From Candidatus Scalinduaceae bacterium (GTDB lineage: Bacteria > Planctomycetota > Brocadiia > Brocadiales > Scalinduaceae): a DNA stretch of 64,000 nucleotides. The DNA is taken from positions 10,927 to 74,926 of the forward strand of contig JBHICG010000009.1 in the NCBI GenBank assembly GCA_046759445.1. Direction: 5' to 3'. Below are positions 29,998 to 40,929 of the stretch, in pieces. The translations under genes and the position numbers were made by a program. The stretch's first letter is position 1. Every line of letters begins with the position of its first letter. The notes under the pieces were generated by a model that had not been told where the DNA came from, ran no database searches, and was given only the letters and a program-made list of their open reading frames with translations.

Positions 29998-31650
29998 TTA
30001 AAGCTCCTCACCATTCCTAATACTGCAGGGTAGAGTGAATGAAAATACGCTCCCTCCACGCAACTCACTTTCCACCCATATCTTTCCGCCATGATGTTCA
30101 ACAATCTGTTTGCAGATTGGTAGCCCAAGTCCTGTCCCTTTTTGTTTGCCTGTATGCCTTGCACCCACCTGCCTGAATTTCTCAAATACCTTTTCCTGAT
30201 CAACCTTATTTATACCTGCGCCTGTATCTATTATGCTTATAATTATCTTACCATCATACTTTTTTGCCCTGCATGTTACAGAGCCTTCTGCTGTGAAATT
30301 CACTGCATTGGAAATAAGGTTAATCACCACCTGTATAAGCCTGTTCCTATCCCCCATAACCACAGGAAGTCCAATCTCTATGTCCCTTATTAGCTTCAGT
30401 CCTTTTTCTTCGAATAAGCAAGCAGTAGCAGCAACTGCCCTTTCTATAACCTCAGCCATTGAAAGTAGGTCCATCTCCCACACAATCTTTCCAGCTTCCA
30501 TCTTAGATATGTCAAGGAGATCATTTATGAGGCTTGTAAGTCTCTTGCCTTCTAACATAATGATGTTAACGTTCTCTTTCACCTGATTTATTGCCTTTTG
30601 AACCTTGGTATCATCAACCATGGCATTAGGGAATACAACATCTTCGAGTCTTTTACTTATAATCCTTGCAAATCCTAATACTAATGCAAGGGGTGTTCTC
30701 AGTTCGTGGGATACAATAGATAAGAAATCGGTTTTTACCTTGTCCTGTTCTTGAAGTTTTTTATTTGCATTTCTTAATTCAATGGTTCTATCTTCCACTT
30801 TTTGTTTCAGTGTTCGGCTGTAATCCTCTAATTCCCCGTAAGACCTTTTTAGATTCCTTGACATTTCAATAAATGTATCGGCAAGGATACCAATCTCATC
30901 TCCTGATTTAATCTTTATGTTATCTACAATATGAAAATTATCCTTAGACAGTTCCCTGGCTATTTCAGTCAAGCTGACAATAGGTTTGGATAGCCTGTTT
31001 GAAATCACATAGACTATTACAGCACTCATAAAAACGAATATAATTGAAGCAATGGTAGACCTGACAATAATGCTTCTGATCTTATTCAAGATTTCTTTCT
31101 TTGAATTAGTAATTTCATAATTAAGCAAATCTAATGAAAAACCCAGCCTGAGTACTCCCCATTGATTAGCGCTGACATATATTGGCACAATAAACTCCAT
31201 ATAGGATTTTCCATCCTTCTCATATTCATTAATAACTGCTTTCTTCTGGCTAACTGCAAATATATCTTCTTTATGTGAAAGCAGTTCCTGTTCAAGTTCA
31301 GGTCTTTGTGTATGGATGTATGCTATGCCAGAGAAGTCCATCAATATTGCATAATCTAAATCCTCTTCATCACTTACAGATTTTTTTATTATTTCCGTAA
31401 CATTAGAGTAATTGAACGATGCAACGCCATTTTCAGTCTGGCGGGCAAGGTTATCGGAAATGGTCTTCCCACGCTCAATAAGCTTTTCTCTCATCAGATA
31501 TATACGTCGTTCCAGTTCTTCTTCTAAAACCCCTTTTTGAGTAAATACATGAATGGGCGTAAATATCACAAGCATGACAATAACCAGACCTATCATGACA
31601 GAAAGGAGTTTCCAGCGAATACCTCTTTTTACGATTAAGTTTTCTTTCAT
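29998..31650 (-). CDS. Membrane sensor histidine kinase (paralogue of 22296-23948)
   Basis: Same length (550 aa) and layout; [32 protein letters not shown]. Confidence 0.95.
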   Translation of the reverse strand: MKENLIVKRGIRWKLLSVMIGLVIVMLVIFTPIHVFTQKGVLEEELERRIYLMREKLIERGKTISDNLARQTENGVASFNYSNVTEIIKKSVSDEEDLDYAILMDFSGIAYIHTQRPELEQELLSHKEDIFAVSQKKAVINEYEKDGKSYMEFIVPIYVSANQWGVLRLGFSLDLLNYEITNSKKEILNKIRSIIVRSTIASIIFVFMSAVIVYVISNRLSKPIVSLTEIARELSKDNFHIVDNIKIKSGDEIGILADTFIEMSRNLKRSYGELEDYSRTLKQKVEDRTIELRNANKKLQEQDKVKTDFLSIVSHELRTPLALVLGFARIISKRLEDVVFPNAMVDDTKVQKAINQVKENVNIIMLEGKRLTSLINDLLDISKMEAGKIVWEMDLLSMAEVIERAVAATACLFEEKGLKLIRDIEIGLPVVMGDRNRLIQVVINLISNAVNFTAEGSVTCRAKKYDGKIIISIIDTGAGINKVDQEKVFEKFRQVGARHTGKQKGTGLGLPICKQIVEHHGGKIWVESELRGGSVFSFTLPCSIRNGEEL

Positions 31651-31659
31651 AATGAGTAT

Positions 31660-32646
31660 CTATCTAATAATTTCATTTACCGATTCCAGCGCCTCTATAT
31701 TAAGATTTATGCCGTATTCATCCACCTTTTTCAAGTTCAAAACAATATGGGAACCGGCAGGGTTCTGTACCCTTTCAATGACTTTTTTGTTGGCTAGTAT
31801 ATCGAGGGCAATTCCAGCGGCTTGCCTGCCCATTGTTGAGATATCGGCAGACATTATCAATGTTGCCCCAAAGTTGGCAAATGTTCTGTTATAAGCAAAA
31901 ACAGGTTTCCTTACTGCTTCGCATTGTTCAAAGATTTTCACTACAGATTCTACATTACTTATTACAATTGGGTCTGGGGTTAACCAGAGAGCGTCCACCT
32001 CTGGCAGTAATTCATCCAAGGCCGACTCAATATCATCTGATTCACTGATGTGTCTTCCAATAATATCAATACCCACCTCCTTCGCATTTTCAATTGCAAT
32101 ATTCAGCCACTCCTCACTATATATCTTACTATACAGCACGCCGATCTTATTCACATCCGGGAATAAATAACGATGCATCATCAGTTGCATACCTTGATGT
32201 AGTTCATTAGATATTCCATAAGTATTTTTGCCCATTGGAAGTCGACGCCAATTTATCGCAAGGGAAAAGACCAGATTCTTTTTCTTTGCGAATTTATAAG
32301 CCATCTGGTACGCCTTCGAGCCAATACAATAAATTACATCGGGATCTATCTTTTTAATCCTCTTCTTAATACTTTTTTCATTTACCCACTTACTACCTAG
32401 GTCTATTTCATCTTTTAGGTCAACCATCATTGATTTGAATTCTGTATGCGCTAAAGAGTAATTTTCGATAGACATATCCGAATTAAGGACAATAACGCTA
32501 TCTCTGGCAAATAAATATTCTGAATTGAATAACGACAGCAGTATCATAATTAAAAGCCAGACAACAACTGAACAATGTTTTCCATGGTCAAAAGAAAAAC
32601 ATTTTTTCAATCTGTTTATGATTTTTTTGCAAGGTATGATAGTCAT
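31660..32646 (-). CDS. Periplasmic substrate-binding protein (ABC_sub_bind-like)
   Basis: ATG 32646 forms an ATGA overlap with the upstream stop and has a GGAGG RBS; KIGVLYS, VDALWLTPD, MGRQAA, VLNLK. Confidence 0.8.
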   Translation of the reverse strand: MTIIPCKKIINRLKKCFSFDHGKHCSVVVWLLIMILLSLFNSEYLFARDSVIVLNSDMSIENYSLAHTEFKSMMVDLKDEIDLGSKWVNEKSIKKRIKKIDPDVIYCIGSKAYQMAYKFAKKKNLVFSLAINWRRLPMGKNTYGISNELHQGMQLMMHRYLFPDVNKIGVLYSKIYSEEWLNIAIENAKEVGIDIIGRHISESDDIESALDELLPEVDALWLTPDPIVISNVESVVKIFEQCEAVRKPVFAYNRTFANFGATLIMSADISTMGRQAAGIALDILANKKVIERVQNPAGSHIVLNLKKVDEYGINLNIEALESVNEIIR

Positions 32647-33515
32647 TCCTCCAAAAATCTCCTTTCTGCGTTGCCTAATTTCTTCCATCCATCCATACCG
32701 AGCATTCTTAATTTATTTTGCCCCACTGGCGTCTTTCCCATATTTTCAAATACCCTTAACAACGAACTAATATTTTCGTCTAATTTCTTCGGGGCTGCTA
32801 TAATCGGAAGTAATGTTTCCTTACTTGCCGCTAACTGCCTCAGTATTCTGTATTGTTTGAGGTTGATTTCAGCTAATTTGGTAAGGCTGCTCTCTGTAGT
32901 CAAGGCAGAGTCAGCCATTCCGAACCCAACAGCCATCAACGCATCAATATCCTTTGGAACGATTAATATTCTCAGTGAATCCACAATGCTCTTTTGATCC
33001 TCTCCCAACATCTCCAATAGCACTCCCTTTGTGTATTCCTTGCTTCCTGCAGCGGCTATAATCTTGCCCTTCAACAAATTCACGTTTGTAATACTTTTAC
33101 GCACAGTTAAAATTTTTATGTGTGTTGGTCTACCCTTAGAAACGCCAACAAGCTTGGCTTCCATTTCCATTGGATACTCCCTCTTTAGTTTACGAAAGTG
33201 CCAGCTAGAGATCAGGTAAACCCCATCTTTCCTTCCAACTATGAATTTCTCAAATGTGTCCCTATCGCTGAATGGTTGAAATTGAAAATAGCCATAATCG
33301 GAGAGGTATCTGTCAAACTCGGATTTGATTAATGCGAAGTTATTGATGTTGGTTTCTGGGTTATAGAAACAAACCGTATACCTAAGGTTAGCGAGAGCTG
33401 GAAGGAAACTCAAAAACAACAAGAGGATAACCAGAAGGCAGATATTAATAAACAGTAGACATCTGCTTAAGATTAAGACCGATATCCTATAACTTTTTAT
33501 CATAGAATACTTCAT
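32643..33515 (-). CDS. Periplasmic binding protein (phosphate/phosphonate-binding-like)
   Basis: Hydrophobic N-terminus, LKGKIIAAAGS, VPKDIDALMAVGFGMADSAL, LGMDGW. Confidence 0.7.
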   Translation of the reverse strand: MKYSMIKSYRISVLILSRCLLFINICLLVILLLFLSFLPALANLRYTVCFYNPETNINNFALIKSEFDRYLSDYGYFQFQPFSDRDTFEKFIVGRKDGVYLISSWHFRKLKREYPMEMEAKLVGVSKGRPTHIKILTVRKSITNVNLLKGKIIAAAGSKEYTKGVLLEMLGEDQKSIVDSLRILIVPKDIDALMAVGFGMADSALTTESSLTKLAEINLKQYRILRQLAASKETLLPIIAAPKKLDENISSLLRVFENMGKTPVGQNKLRMLGMDGWKKLGNAERRFLEE

Positions 33516-33826
33516 ATTAATAACAAACTAACTCCATCACCTGAGTTGGGAGATTTATACCCCCCTCACCTTAATCCTCTCCCCACATAGGGGAGAGGGA
33601 AGGGTGAGGGGGAACAATTTTATCTTATTGATTTATAAGTAATTAAAAAGATAAAGAACTTGGCAAAGGTACATCTTGTTCATTCAATTTGTGCTATACA
33701 CTTGAAAAAATCTTTTGACATTTAAATACCACAAAAAATGAGCAATAAATTTGATTTTAATGATCGACATAAATAGACTTAAATCCCTAAAGGACATAAT
33801 CCCCCATTAGAAAAAGAGGGGGATTA

Positions 33827-35914
33827 TCAAAATTCATAACGCAACTCTACCATAAACGACCTTCCCGGCTGGGGATAATCGGTAGGTACCGTATTTTTTG
33901 GTGCAGGGTCATCATACCCCTTGTCAAAGAGATTATGTACTGAACCCCTGATCTCAAAGTTGTCCATAAAGTTTCTACCGATAATGGTAATATCCGTAAC
34001 AGTGTATGAAGGTAGATCTCGTCTGGGATCACCATGCTCCCTTGGCCTTGGCCCACTTACAAACGTATGAAGGTTGGCATTCGCATACTTCCAGAATCCT
34101 ACGTTTATGCCAAAATTAGCCTTATGTACGGGAACATCAGGCAATCGATTCCTATTCCTTGTCTCTTCTGCTTTCTGAAAGGTATAATTGGCATAGGCGT
34201 AATTATCATTCCCAAAATCTGCCCTTAATTCTGCCTCAACACCCATAACCCTTGTTCCTCCTGAATTTTGAAACTGTCTGGGGCTCCCCGTACTTAGCAC
34301 AATCCTGTCCCTTATTCGGTTAAAGAAGTAGTTTATGCTACCACTTAAATTTTTAGTAAAATTATAGCCCATGCCAACCTCAAATGTATTTACTTTTTCC
34401 GGGTCAAGGTTAGGGTTTCCTATCAATACAGGATTATTTGTAAGAAACAATTCTCCAAAATCAGGCGCCCTGAATGCGGTGGCAAAGAGGAGTTTCAGGT
34501 GTGCGTCCTCTATAAATCTCCATACAAGGGCAAACCTTGGATTGGTTGTGCCTCCAAACCGCGTAAACTGGTCATGCCTCACACCAACTGTTAAATCAAT
34601 GTCCTCTGTTATATTCCACTCATCCTGAAGATAAAACGCCCATATCTGCCTTGTAACCCTCCTTGTAAAGGGAAGGCTCTTAGAAAAGTCCCGAAGTGAG
34701 GGTAAAGGAGCTAACGTTAAAGGATGAATGTTAGAAGCAAACTTTATATCATGCTGGTGAATCCATTCGTATTGGAAGCCAAACGTCAGTTCGTTTCCCT
34801 CAAACATCTTATAATTAAGTTGGTTTTCAAAGCCTATTGTTCTTTCCTTAAGTCTTGTAAAACCCTTCATTCCATCAGGATAGACGAATCTAATAAATGG
34901 TAAAGCTGGAAATGGTACTAAAATAAAACCATCTGGTCTACGTTCAAAAAAAGGATCGAAGTTATACTGATCATAATATACTTTAGTTATCATGTCTATT
35001 TTTTCAGAAAGAGATAGTCTATAAATCAACTCAGAAAATATGTAAGTATCTCTCAACATCGTTTCATCATTAAGGGCATCGTCGAAACCTATATAACCTT
35101 CTCTCCTCTTCTTCATATATTTGGACTTAAGTTCAAGGTTTTTGTATGATAGTTTAAGATTCAGGTCTGTCTTTTCCTTCCTATTTTGAGACCTTCCTGG
35201 ACTCTTGGAGAAGGGCGCTGGGAAAAGAATATCCTGCTCAATCTTTTTGCTAAAACCCTCTGTATCAACATAATCAAAGAACCCGGATAATTTTAGATCA
35301 CCATACTCCTTCCCAAACAGCATATTGTAGTTCTGTGTATCAAAACTTCCGCCACTTGTTGTCCATTGAAAACCGTCTATATCCTCCGTGTCCTTTGTTA
35401 TTACGTTAACAACTGCGAGAAATGCATTCTGTCCGTACAAGGCAGAACCAGGGCCCCTGATAATCTCTATCCTTTTTGCATTCTCTACCACAAGATCATA
35501 AAAATTCCAAGAAACCCCACCCGTTAACGGATCATTAACAGAATGTCCGTCTATTAATAACTTCACTACTAATGAAGTCTTATTAAGGACTCCCCTCACA
35601 GCAATTTCTCTTTCACCTGTTCTGTCCATAGAGATATCAAAACCAGGCACAGTTTTTAAGACATCTACCAATGTCCTGAAACCCATATTCTTTATCTGCT
35701 TGGCCGTAATCACAGTAACGATACCCGGCGCTCTGCTGATCGGTATTTTATGTTTTGTAGTAATAGTTATGAAGGCTTCCGCCTGTAACCATCTTATCTC
35801 TTCCTGAATCTCTTTTATTTTTTCCGCCGTCTTTGAGACTTCTTCAGAGAAGGCTGGAGTTAAATTGAAGATGCCACAAACAAACATGACAAAAGTGATG
35901 TTTATTGTGCGCAT
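33827..35914 (-). CDS. TonB-dependent receptor, paralogue 2
   Basis: Highly similar to 24155-26251; same plug motifs and ELRYEF end. Confidence 0.93.
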   Translation of the reverse strand: MRTINITFVMFVCGIFNLTPAFSEEVSKTAEKIKEIQEEIRWLQAEAFITITTKHKIPISRAPGIVTVITAKQIKNMGFRTLVDVLKTVPGFDISMDRTGEREIAVRGVLNKTSLVVKLLIDGHSVNDPLTGGVSWNFYDLVVENAKRIEIIRGPGSALYGQNAFLAVVNVITKDTEDIDGFQWTTSGGSFDTQNYNMLFGKEYGDLKLSGFFDYVDTEGFSKKIEQDILFPAPFSKSPGRSQNRKEKTDLNLKLSYKNLELKSKYMKKRREGYIGFDDALNDETMLRDTYIFSELIYRLSLSEKIDMITKVYYDQYNFDPFFERRPDGFILVPFPALPFIRFVYPDGMKGFTRLKERTIGFENQLNYKMFEGNELTFGFQYEWIHQHDIKFASNIHPLTLAPLPSLRDFSKSLPFTRRVTRQIWAFYLQDEWNITEDIDLTVGVRHDQFTRFGGTTNPRFALVWRFIEDAHLKLLFATAFRAPDFGELFLTNNPVLIGNPNLDPEKVNTFEVGMGYNFTKNLSGSINYFFNRIRDRIVLSTGSPRQFQNSGGTRVMGVEAELRADFGNDNYAYANYTFQKAEETRNRNRLPDVPVHKANFGINVGFWKYANANLHTFVSGPRPREHGDPRRDLPSYTVTDITIIGRNFMDNFEIRGSVHNLFDKGYDDPAPKNTVPTDYPQPGRSFMVELRYEF

Positions 35915-36125
35915 GACTTTCCCCTTTCGTGAAATCTTAATGAACTTAACCCTCTCACCCTAAATCCTGTGCAGAATGTGTTTCAGTATTGTTTCAGGGT
36001 TTCTTAAAATCAGAAGCTAATTGCTAATTCCTAAAATTGTCAGAGTCTATCCTCATGGAAATGGGGAAACATGTTTTGTATTTTGAATGTAACAACATTA
36101 GACATAATAACAATTCCCTTTCTTC

Positions 36126-38108
36126 TTACTTTACCCCATCACCATCCCCGATGCTGCAGGGCAAGGCGAACGAGAAGCTACTCCCTTTACCCAGCTCACT
36201 TTCCACCCATATCCTGCCTCCATGATGTTCTACAATCTGCTTGCAGATCGAAAGTCCAAGTCCAGACCCTCTAGGTTTGTCCATATGATGGTCGCCCACT
36301 TGACTGAATTTTTCAAATATCTTATCCCGATCAGCTTCAGCTATACCTTTACCTGTATCGATTACACTTGTGACTATCTCGTTACTTTTCTTCCTTGTCC
36401 TGCATGTGATGGAACCCTCCTTTGTAAACTTCACTGCATTGGTAATCAGATTAATCACAACCTGTTCAAGGCGATTCTTATCACCCACAATTGCAGGCAG
36501 TCCGTTATCAACAATCTTTATTAACTGAAGCTCATTCTGTTCAAATAAACTACTGGTTATAGCCGTCGCCCGTTCAATAACTTCATTCACTGAAAGAAGT
36601 TCCACCTCCCATTCAATCCTTCCAGACTCAATCCTTGATAAGTCAAGGAGATCATTTATAAGCTCTGTTAACCTCTTGCCCTCTAACACAATCGTTTTAA
36701 GGTCATTTCTCACCTGCATCATTGACCTCTGAACCTTGCTATCCTCTATCCTGACACGAGGGAATATGACATCTTCGAGTCTCTTGGCTATAATCCTTGC
36801 AAATCCTAATACTAATGCAAGTGGAGTCCTCAGTTCATGAGATACTGTGGACAAAAACTCTGTCTTTACATTATTCATTTCTTGGAGTTCTTTATTTGCC
36901 TCTTTTAATTCAAGGGTTTTATCCTGCACTTTATGTTCCAGGTTTCGACTGTAATCCTCTAATTTCTCGTGAGATATTTTAAGTTTTTCGGACATTTTGA
37001 TAAACGCTTCACTTAGTTGCCCAATTTCATCCTTACTCTTTACGATTGTTACCGGATGATCTAAATCACCATCTGCTATCCTTTTAGTTTCTCCTATCAG
37101 TTTTTTTATAATTACATTTATTTTGCCGGAAATAACAAATGCAAACACAAATACCATAAGCAATGCCACACTTCCTGAAACCGCAAAAATATATTTAATC
37201 TTTGCTAGCGGCTTAAATGCCTCTTTAACATCTTTTTCTGACAGGACCACCCAATTAGTTTCAGGTACAAAAAGCGCTGAACATAGCACTAGATTACCCC
37301 TGTAATTTTCACATACTCCATATGTTTCCTTTTTTGAGCTTAGCACCTTTTGCACTGGCATTGTATTTATTACGTTACTAAAATTATGATTCCCTAAATC
37401 AATTGAACTTACTATCATTAACTTGTCTTGATTCACAATATAATTCTCATCAGAACGGCTCAAAATATTTTCTTTATCGGGTTGATACTTTGGTAACACG
37501 AGTATGTCCTTAAGTATATCACCTTTCACCTTAGTTACTAAAACCCCCAGGGGTCTTTGTAAGATTTTATCTGTTAGAATTGAGGAAAAAACTAGCTGTA
37601 ATTTACTGGGGGTTTCTAAAGTATCGAGAGTGTCCATAAAATATGGACCTTTTTGTTCCTGAGAAAGGAATGGAACTCTGAAGTAATTTTCATGAGATTT
37701 GTCTTTACCTATTTGTTCCTGGGAGGTTGAAGCAATAATCTTACCTTCCCAGTTGAGAATCTCTATTTCAAGGATATCTGGGTCTAAGCTTTTTTTATTT
37801 ATTATTAGGTGGTTGTACAACTTTTTGCTAATTTGAGAATATTCGGGGGTCTTTAATAACATCTGTTCTACACAATCTCTGATAAAACCATCCGAACTAA
37901 AATATGTAATCCTTGATCTTCTTTCTCTCAGTAGGAGGTGTAACCTTTCCTTAAGGTTATGTGCCGTAGTCCGTAGTTGACTTAATACTTCATCTTTTGT
38001 TTTGTCATAAACATATTTATAGACTATTGCACCAGCAATACTAAGAGGAATCAGTGATACAACTAGAAATAAAAGGAAAAGTTTTGTACCAAACTTTGTG
38101 AACTTCAT
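36126..38108 (-). CDS. Cache-HAMP sensor histidine kinase
   Basis: 2 TM segments, NWVVLSEKDVKEAF (Cache end), [28 protein letters not shown]. Confidence 0.94.
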   Translation of the reverse strand: MKFTKFGTKLFLLFLVVSLIPLSIAGAIVYKYVYDKTKDEVLSQLRTTAHNLKERLHLLLRERRSRITYFSSDGFIRDCVEQMLLKTPEYSQISKKLYNHLIINKKSLDPDILEIEILNWEGKIIASTSQEQIGKDKSHENYFRVPFLSQEQKGPYFMDTLDTLETPSKLQLVFSSILTDKILQRPLGVLVTKVKGDILKDILVLPKYQPDKENILSRSDENYIVNQDKLMIVSSIDLGNHNFSNVINTMPVQKVLSSKKETYGVCENYRGNLVLCSALFVPETNWVVLSEKDVKEAFKPLAKIKYIFAVSGSVALLMVFVFAFVISGKINVIIKKLIGETKRIADGDLDHPVTIVKSKDEIGQLSEAFIKMSEKLKISHEKLEDYSRNLEHKVQDKTLELKEANKELQEMNNVKTEFLSTVSHELRTPLALVLGFARIIAKRLEDVIFPRVRIEDSKVQRSMMQVRNDLKTIVLEGKRLTELINDLLDLSRIESGRIEWEVELLSVNEVIERATAITSSLFEQNELQLIKIVDNGLPAIVGDKNRLEQVVINLITNAVKFTKEGSITCRTRKKSNEIVTSVIDTGKGIAEADRDKIFEKFSQVGDHHMDKPRGSGLGLSICKQIVEHHGGRIWVESELGKGSSFSFALPCSIGDGDGVK

Positions 38109-38112
38109 TTTT

Positions 38113-38793
38113 TTAAAAACCTAAACGTTCAAGCGAAACAGTAATACTTATCCCACTACGAAAATCCCCCTCTTTATATCCAAATGCCTGGTCATATGGA
38201 TAATTTTTTTCTAGAAACTGCCTTATTGATGGCCGGATTTCTTCCTTTTTACCATGACATTGTAAACAGCCTATATCAACATAAATTGGTTTCATGTATC
38301 TATAGATTTTCTTACCGTTTGTTTCCAAAATCTCACCAAAGCCAACATGTTTTGAATATTCTGAAGATTTCAATAATTTCAATACATTCTTTTCCCATTC
38401 ATCTGGAGCGTTAGAAGGGTTTCTGACCTTAAGGCTTGTTTGTTTTAATCTATGTCCGGTCATCAGACTGAAGTCATTAGCTACCTGCGAACCTACCACG
38501 GCAGGCACAAAGCCTTTAATGATATAATTTCCTGTTGCCGGGTCTCTATTTATAAGCTCCTGGTTCTTTGCAATTACACTCCTGGTAGCAATTAACACGT
38601 CAATTGCTGTTTCCGCCAACTTCTGCAAGCATTTTATGTGCTCATCTTTTAAGTTTACGTTCTCCCCGCTCGGATGCGCTTGGGTTAGCACGTCTACATC
38701 GTTCTGGCCGGCAAAATTAAGATTATTAATACTACATGTTGAAATCATAACAACAAGCATTGAAATCATTGATTTAAGCAGCTTCGGATGCAT
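38113..38793 (-). CDS. Exported monohaem c-type protein (DUF3365/Tll0287-like)
   Basis: ATG 38793 after GGAGG; RNPSNAPDEWE, YRYMKPI, CLQCH haem site, GYKEGDFRSGISI. Confidence 0.88.
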   Translation of the reverse strand: MHPKLLKSMISMLVVMISTCSINNLNFAGQNDVDVLTQAHPSGENVNLKDEHIKCLQKLAETAIDVLIATRSVIAKNQELINRDPATGNYIIKGFVPAVVGSQVANDFSLMTGHRLKQTSLKVRNPSNAPDEWEKNVLKLLKSSEYSKHVGFGEILETNGKKIYRYMKPIYVDIGCLQCHGKKEEIRPSIRQFLEKNYPYDQAFGYKEGDFRSGISITVSLERLGF

Positions 38794-38870
38794 AATGTTT
38801 ACCTCCTTTAATTGTTTGTATAAGGTTCTGACAGTGCTCAATAGGTATTATGTGTGTTTTTCTTCAAAAA

Positions 38871-40541
38871 TTACTTCTTGCTTTCATTATTATCCAGCTC
38901 CGTGATTATGTAAGCAAGATTCTTTAATTCCTTATTTGCCATTTCTAACTTTTTTGTCTTGTCAATCAATTGTCTTTGTAATCTTTTCTGAAAGGTTACG
39001 TCCTTAGCCAAAAGCACAAAACTATGTATTTCATCTCTTTTATCCTTAATGGGAAAGGCAGATACAAGAAAGACTCCACCCATGTTATGGTCATCCACTT
39101 CTTCAATTTCTGGTTTAAGGCTTTTGGCGCTCTTTGCTAGTGGGCAACTATGCCAATGCTCATCTGTGCAATGAAATAACTCATTGCATTTCATATTAGA
39201 CAACTGTTCTTTGCTAACGCTAAAAATTTCAAAGAACGCCTTGTTTGCATCGATAATCCTAAAATCCTTATCGTGAATGGTTATAATATCCGTAATTGCA
39301 TTGAAGGTCTGTTGCCATCTGTCTTTACTCTTTTTTACCAGTAGGAATAATTGGTTGTTCTTCTCCTTTGATTCCCTGAGACTGTTCATCATTAAATTAA
39401 ATGATTCAGCCAGTTCTTTTATTACGTCCTTCTTTTTACCCACTGTTATCGGGTGTTTCAAATTATCCCCTGCTATCTTTATTGTGCCTCTGACTAACTC
39501 CTTTAATTGCCCTCTTAATCGATTTGAGAAGATAGATGAAGACGTAATCAGTCCCACGATTAAGAGCAAAACCAATGTGCCTAACATTACAAGAAAATTG
39601 TAAATTGGAGAATAAACGATGGATTTATGAAGTCTCTCCATAAATATCCAATATCTTGCATTGTTTAAAGGGTCAAAATGAATCGGTATGAAATTGAGAA
39701 TTTGTTTTTTTATCAATTCGCTTCCTGATTGTCCTGACAAAATAAGTGAGACTGCTTCTTGCGGGAAATCATTCTTTAGATTTTCTCCTGTATTAAGACA
39801 ATTCGTATCCCCCCATCTCTTTGATATTTCCGGATGTAGAAGATAAAAACCCCGCTTATCCAATAAAAATGAATCAACATCCTTGATGTATTCATGCGCC
39901 AAGATGTTTTTAAGTAGAAAATCCGCCAGAACATTTAACACAAGAATACCCCTTTTCCGCTTTTCTCTATCAAAGACAGGTATTGAATATCTCAACATAG
40001 GTTTATGGGGTAATTCTATTTCACCGTATTCTATGTTTAGGTCTAGTTGTGAAACATAGATATTCCCTTCTTTCAGGCTCATCGCTTCTTTAAAGTAATA
40101 TCTGCGACTCTTGTCTTGAAGCTCTTCGGATGGAACAATGAAGGCGGATTTTTCCTCTAAATTTACCCGTACTATTTCACGACCGGCTCTGTCAATATAA
40201 CGTATCTGCTCATAGATTTTTCTACTTTCAGAAAACGTTTTAAACAAGTTTTCTACTTCGAACCTCAAACGTTTGATTTGATCTGTATCTTTACCAGCTA
40301 TAGCATCAATCATATTTAAGAGAAACAGATTATTACCGAGGAAAATAATGTCATTCTCTATAGAACGTAAAAAAGCAACTGCCTTCTCTGTCTTATTCTT
40401 GGTTGTTTGTTGAAAATCTTCTATTTTATTCCGTTTTAAAGATTTTGTCGTATAGACGCCGAAAATGATACTAATAATGATTAAGAGTACAACCACTACA
40501 GAAAGAGGTGTTACCAGTATTTTATTACGTTTAATAAACAT
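38871..40541 (-). CDS. Cache-HAMP-PAS membrane sensor lacking a kinase domain
   Basis: YEQIRYID.GREIVRV, LQDKSRRYYF, KPMLRYSIPV; PAS WQQTFNAITD...CNELFH...CP; ends at an H-box-like position. Confidence 0.8.
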   Translation of the reverse strand: MFIKRNKILVTPLSVVVVLLIIISIIFGVYTTKSLKRNKIEDFQQTTKNKTEKAVAFLRSIENDIIFLGNNLFLLNMIDAIAGKDTDQIKRLRFEVENLFKTFSESRKIYEQIRYIDRAGREIVRVNLEEKSAFIVPSEELQDKSRRYYFKEAMSLKEGNIYVSQLDLNIEYGEIELPHKPMLRYSIPVFDREKRKRGILVLNVLADFLLKNILAHEYIKDVDSFLLDKRGFYLLHPEISKRWGDTNCLNTGENLKNDFPQEAVSLILSGQSGSELIKKQILNFIPIHFDPLNNARYWIFMERLHKSIVYSPIYNFLVMLGTLVLLLIVGLITSSSIFSNRLRGQLKELVRGTIKIAGDNLKHPITVGKKKDVIKELAESFNLMMNSLRESKEKNNQLFLLVKKSKDRWQQTFNAITDIITIHDKDFRIIDANKAFFEIFSVSKEQLSNMKCNELFHCTDEHWHSCPLAKSAKSLKPEIEEVDDHNMGGVFLVSAFPIKDKRDEIHSFVLLAKDVTFQKRLQRQLIDKTKKLEMANKELKNLAYIITELDNNESKK

Positions 40542-40929
40542 GATTGTGCCTTTACGTTTTCCTTACATGTTCAGGAATTAAAATCAATTGTACGTTCTTT
40601 CTTATCGCAAAATACATATATAAGATTCAAAAGCTTCTCGTTCTCACGTTGAGCGCCTGTCTGACCAAGTCTTTTGGACAGAAAACCTTAACTCCGTTTA
40701 CAGGAATTTACCATTAGGAGTTATCCCTTTACCCTGTGGAGTAATCCAGCCACTAACAGGGTGAAGGGTTTTAATTAATTAAGGCATTGTGAGATCTTCC
40801 CGATACACATAGAAAGGCTAAGGCAATTGCCTGAATTGCACCGAATTGCCTTAAGCTAAGTTTCGCTTCTGACTCGTCTGGTTTGGGGTTAATCCCATTA
40901 TAGAATTATCTTGAAGAGGTATTATAAAA

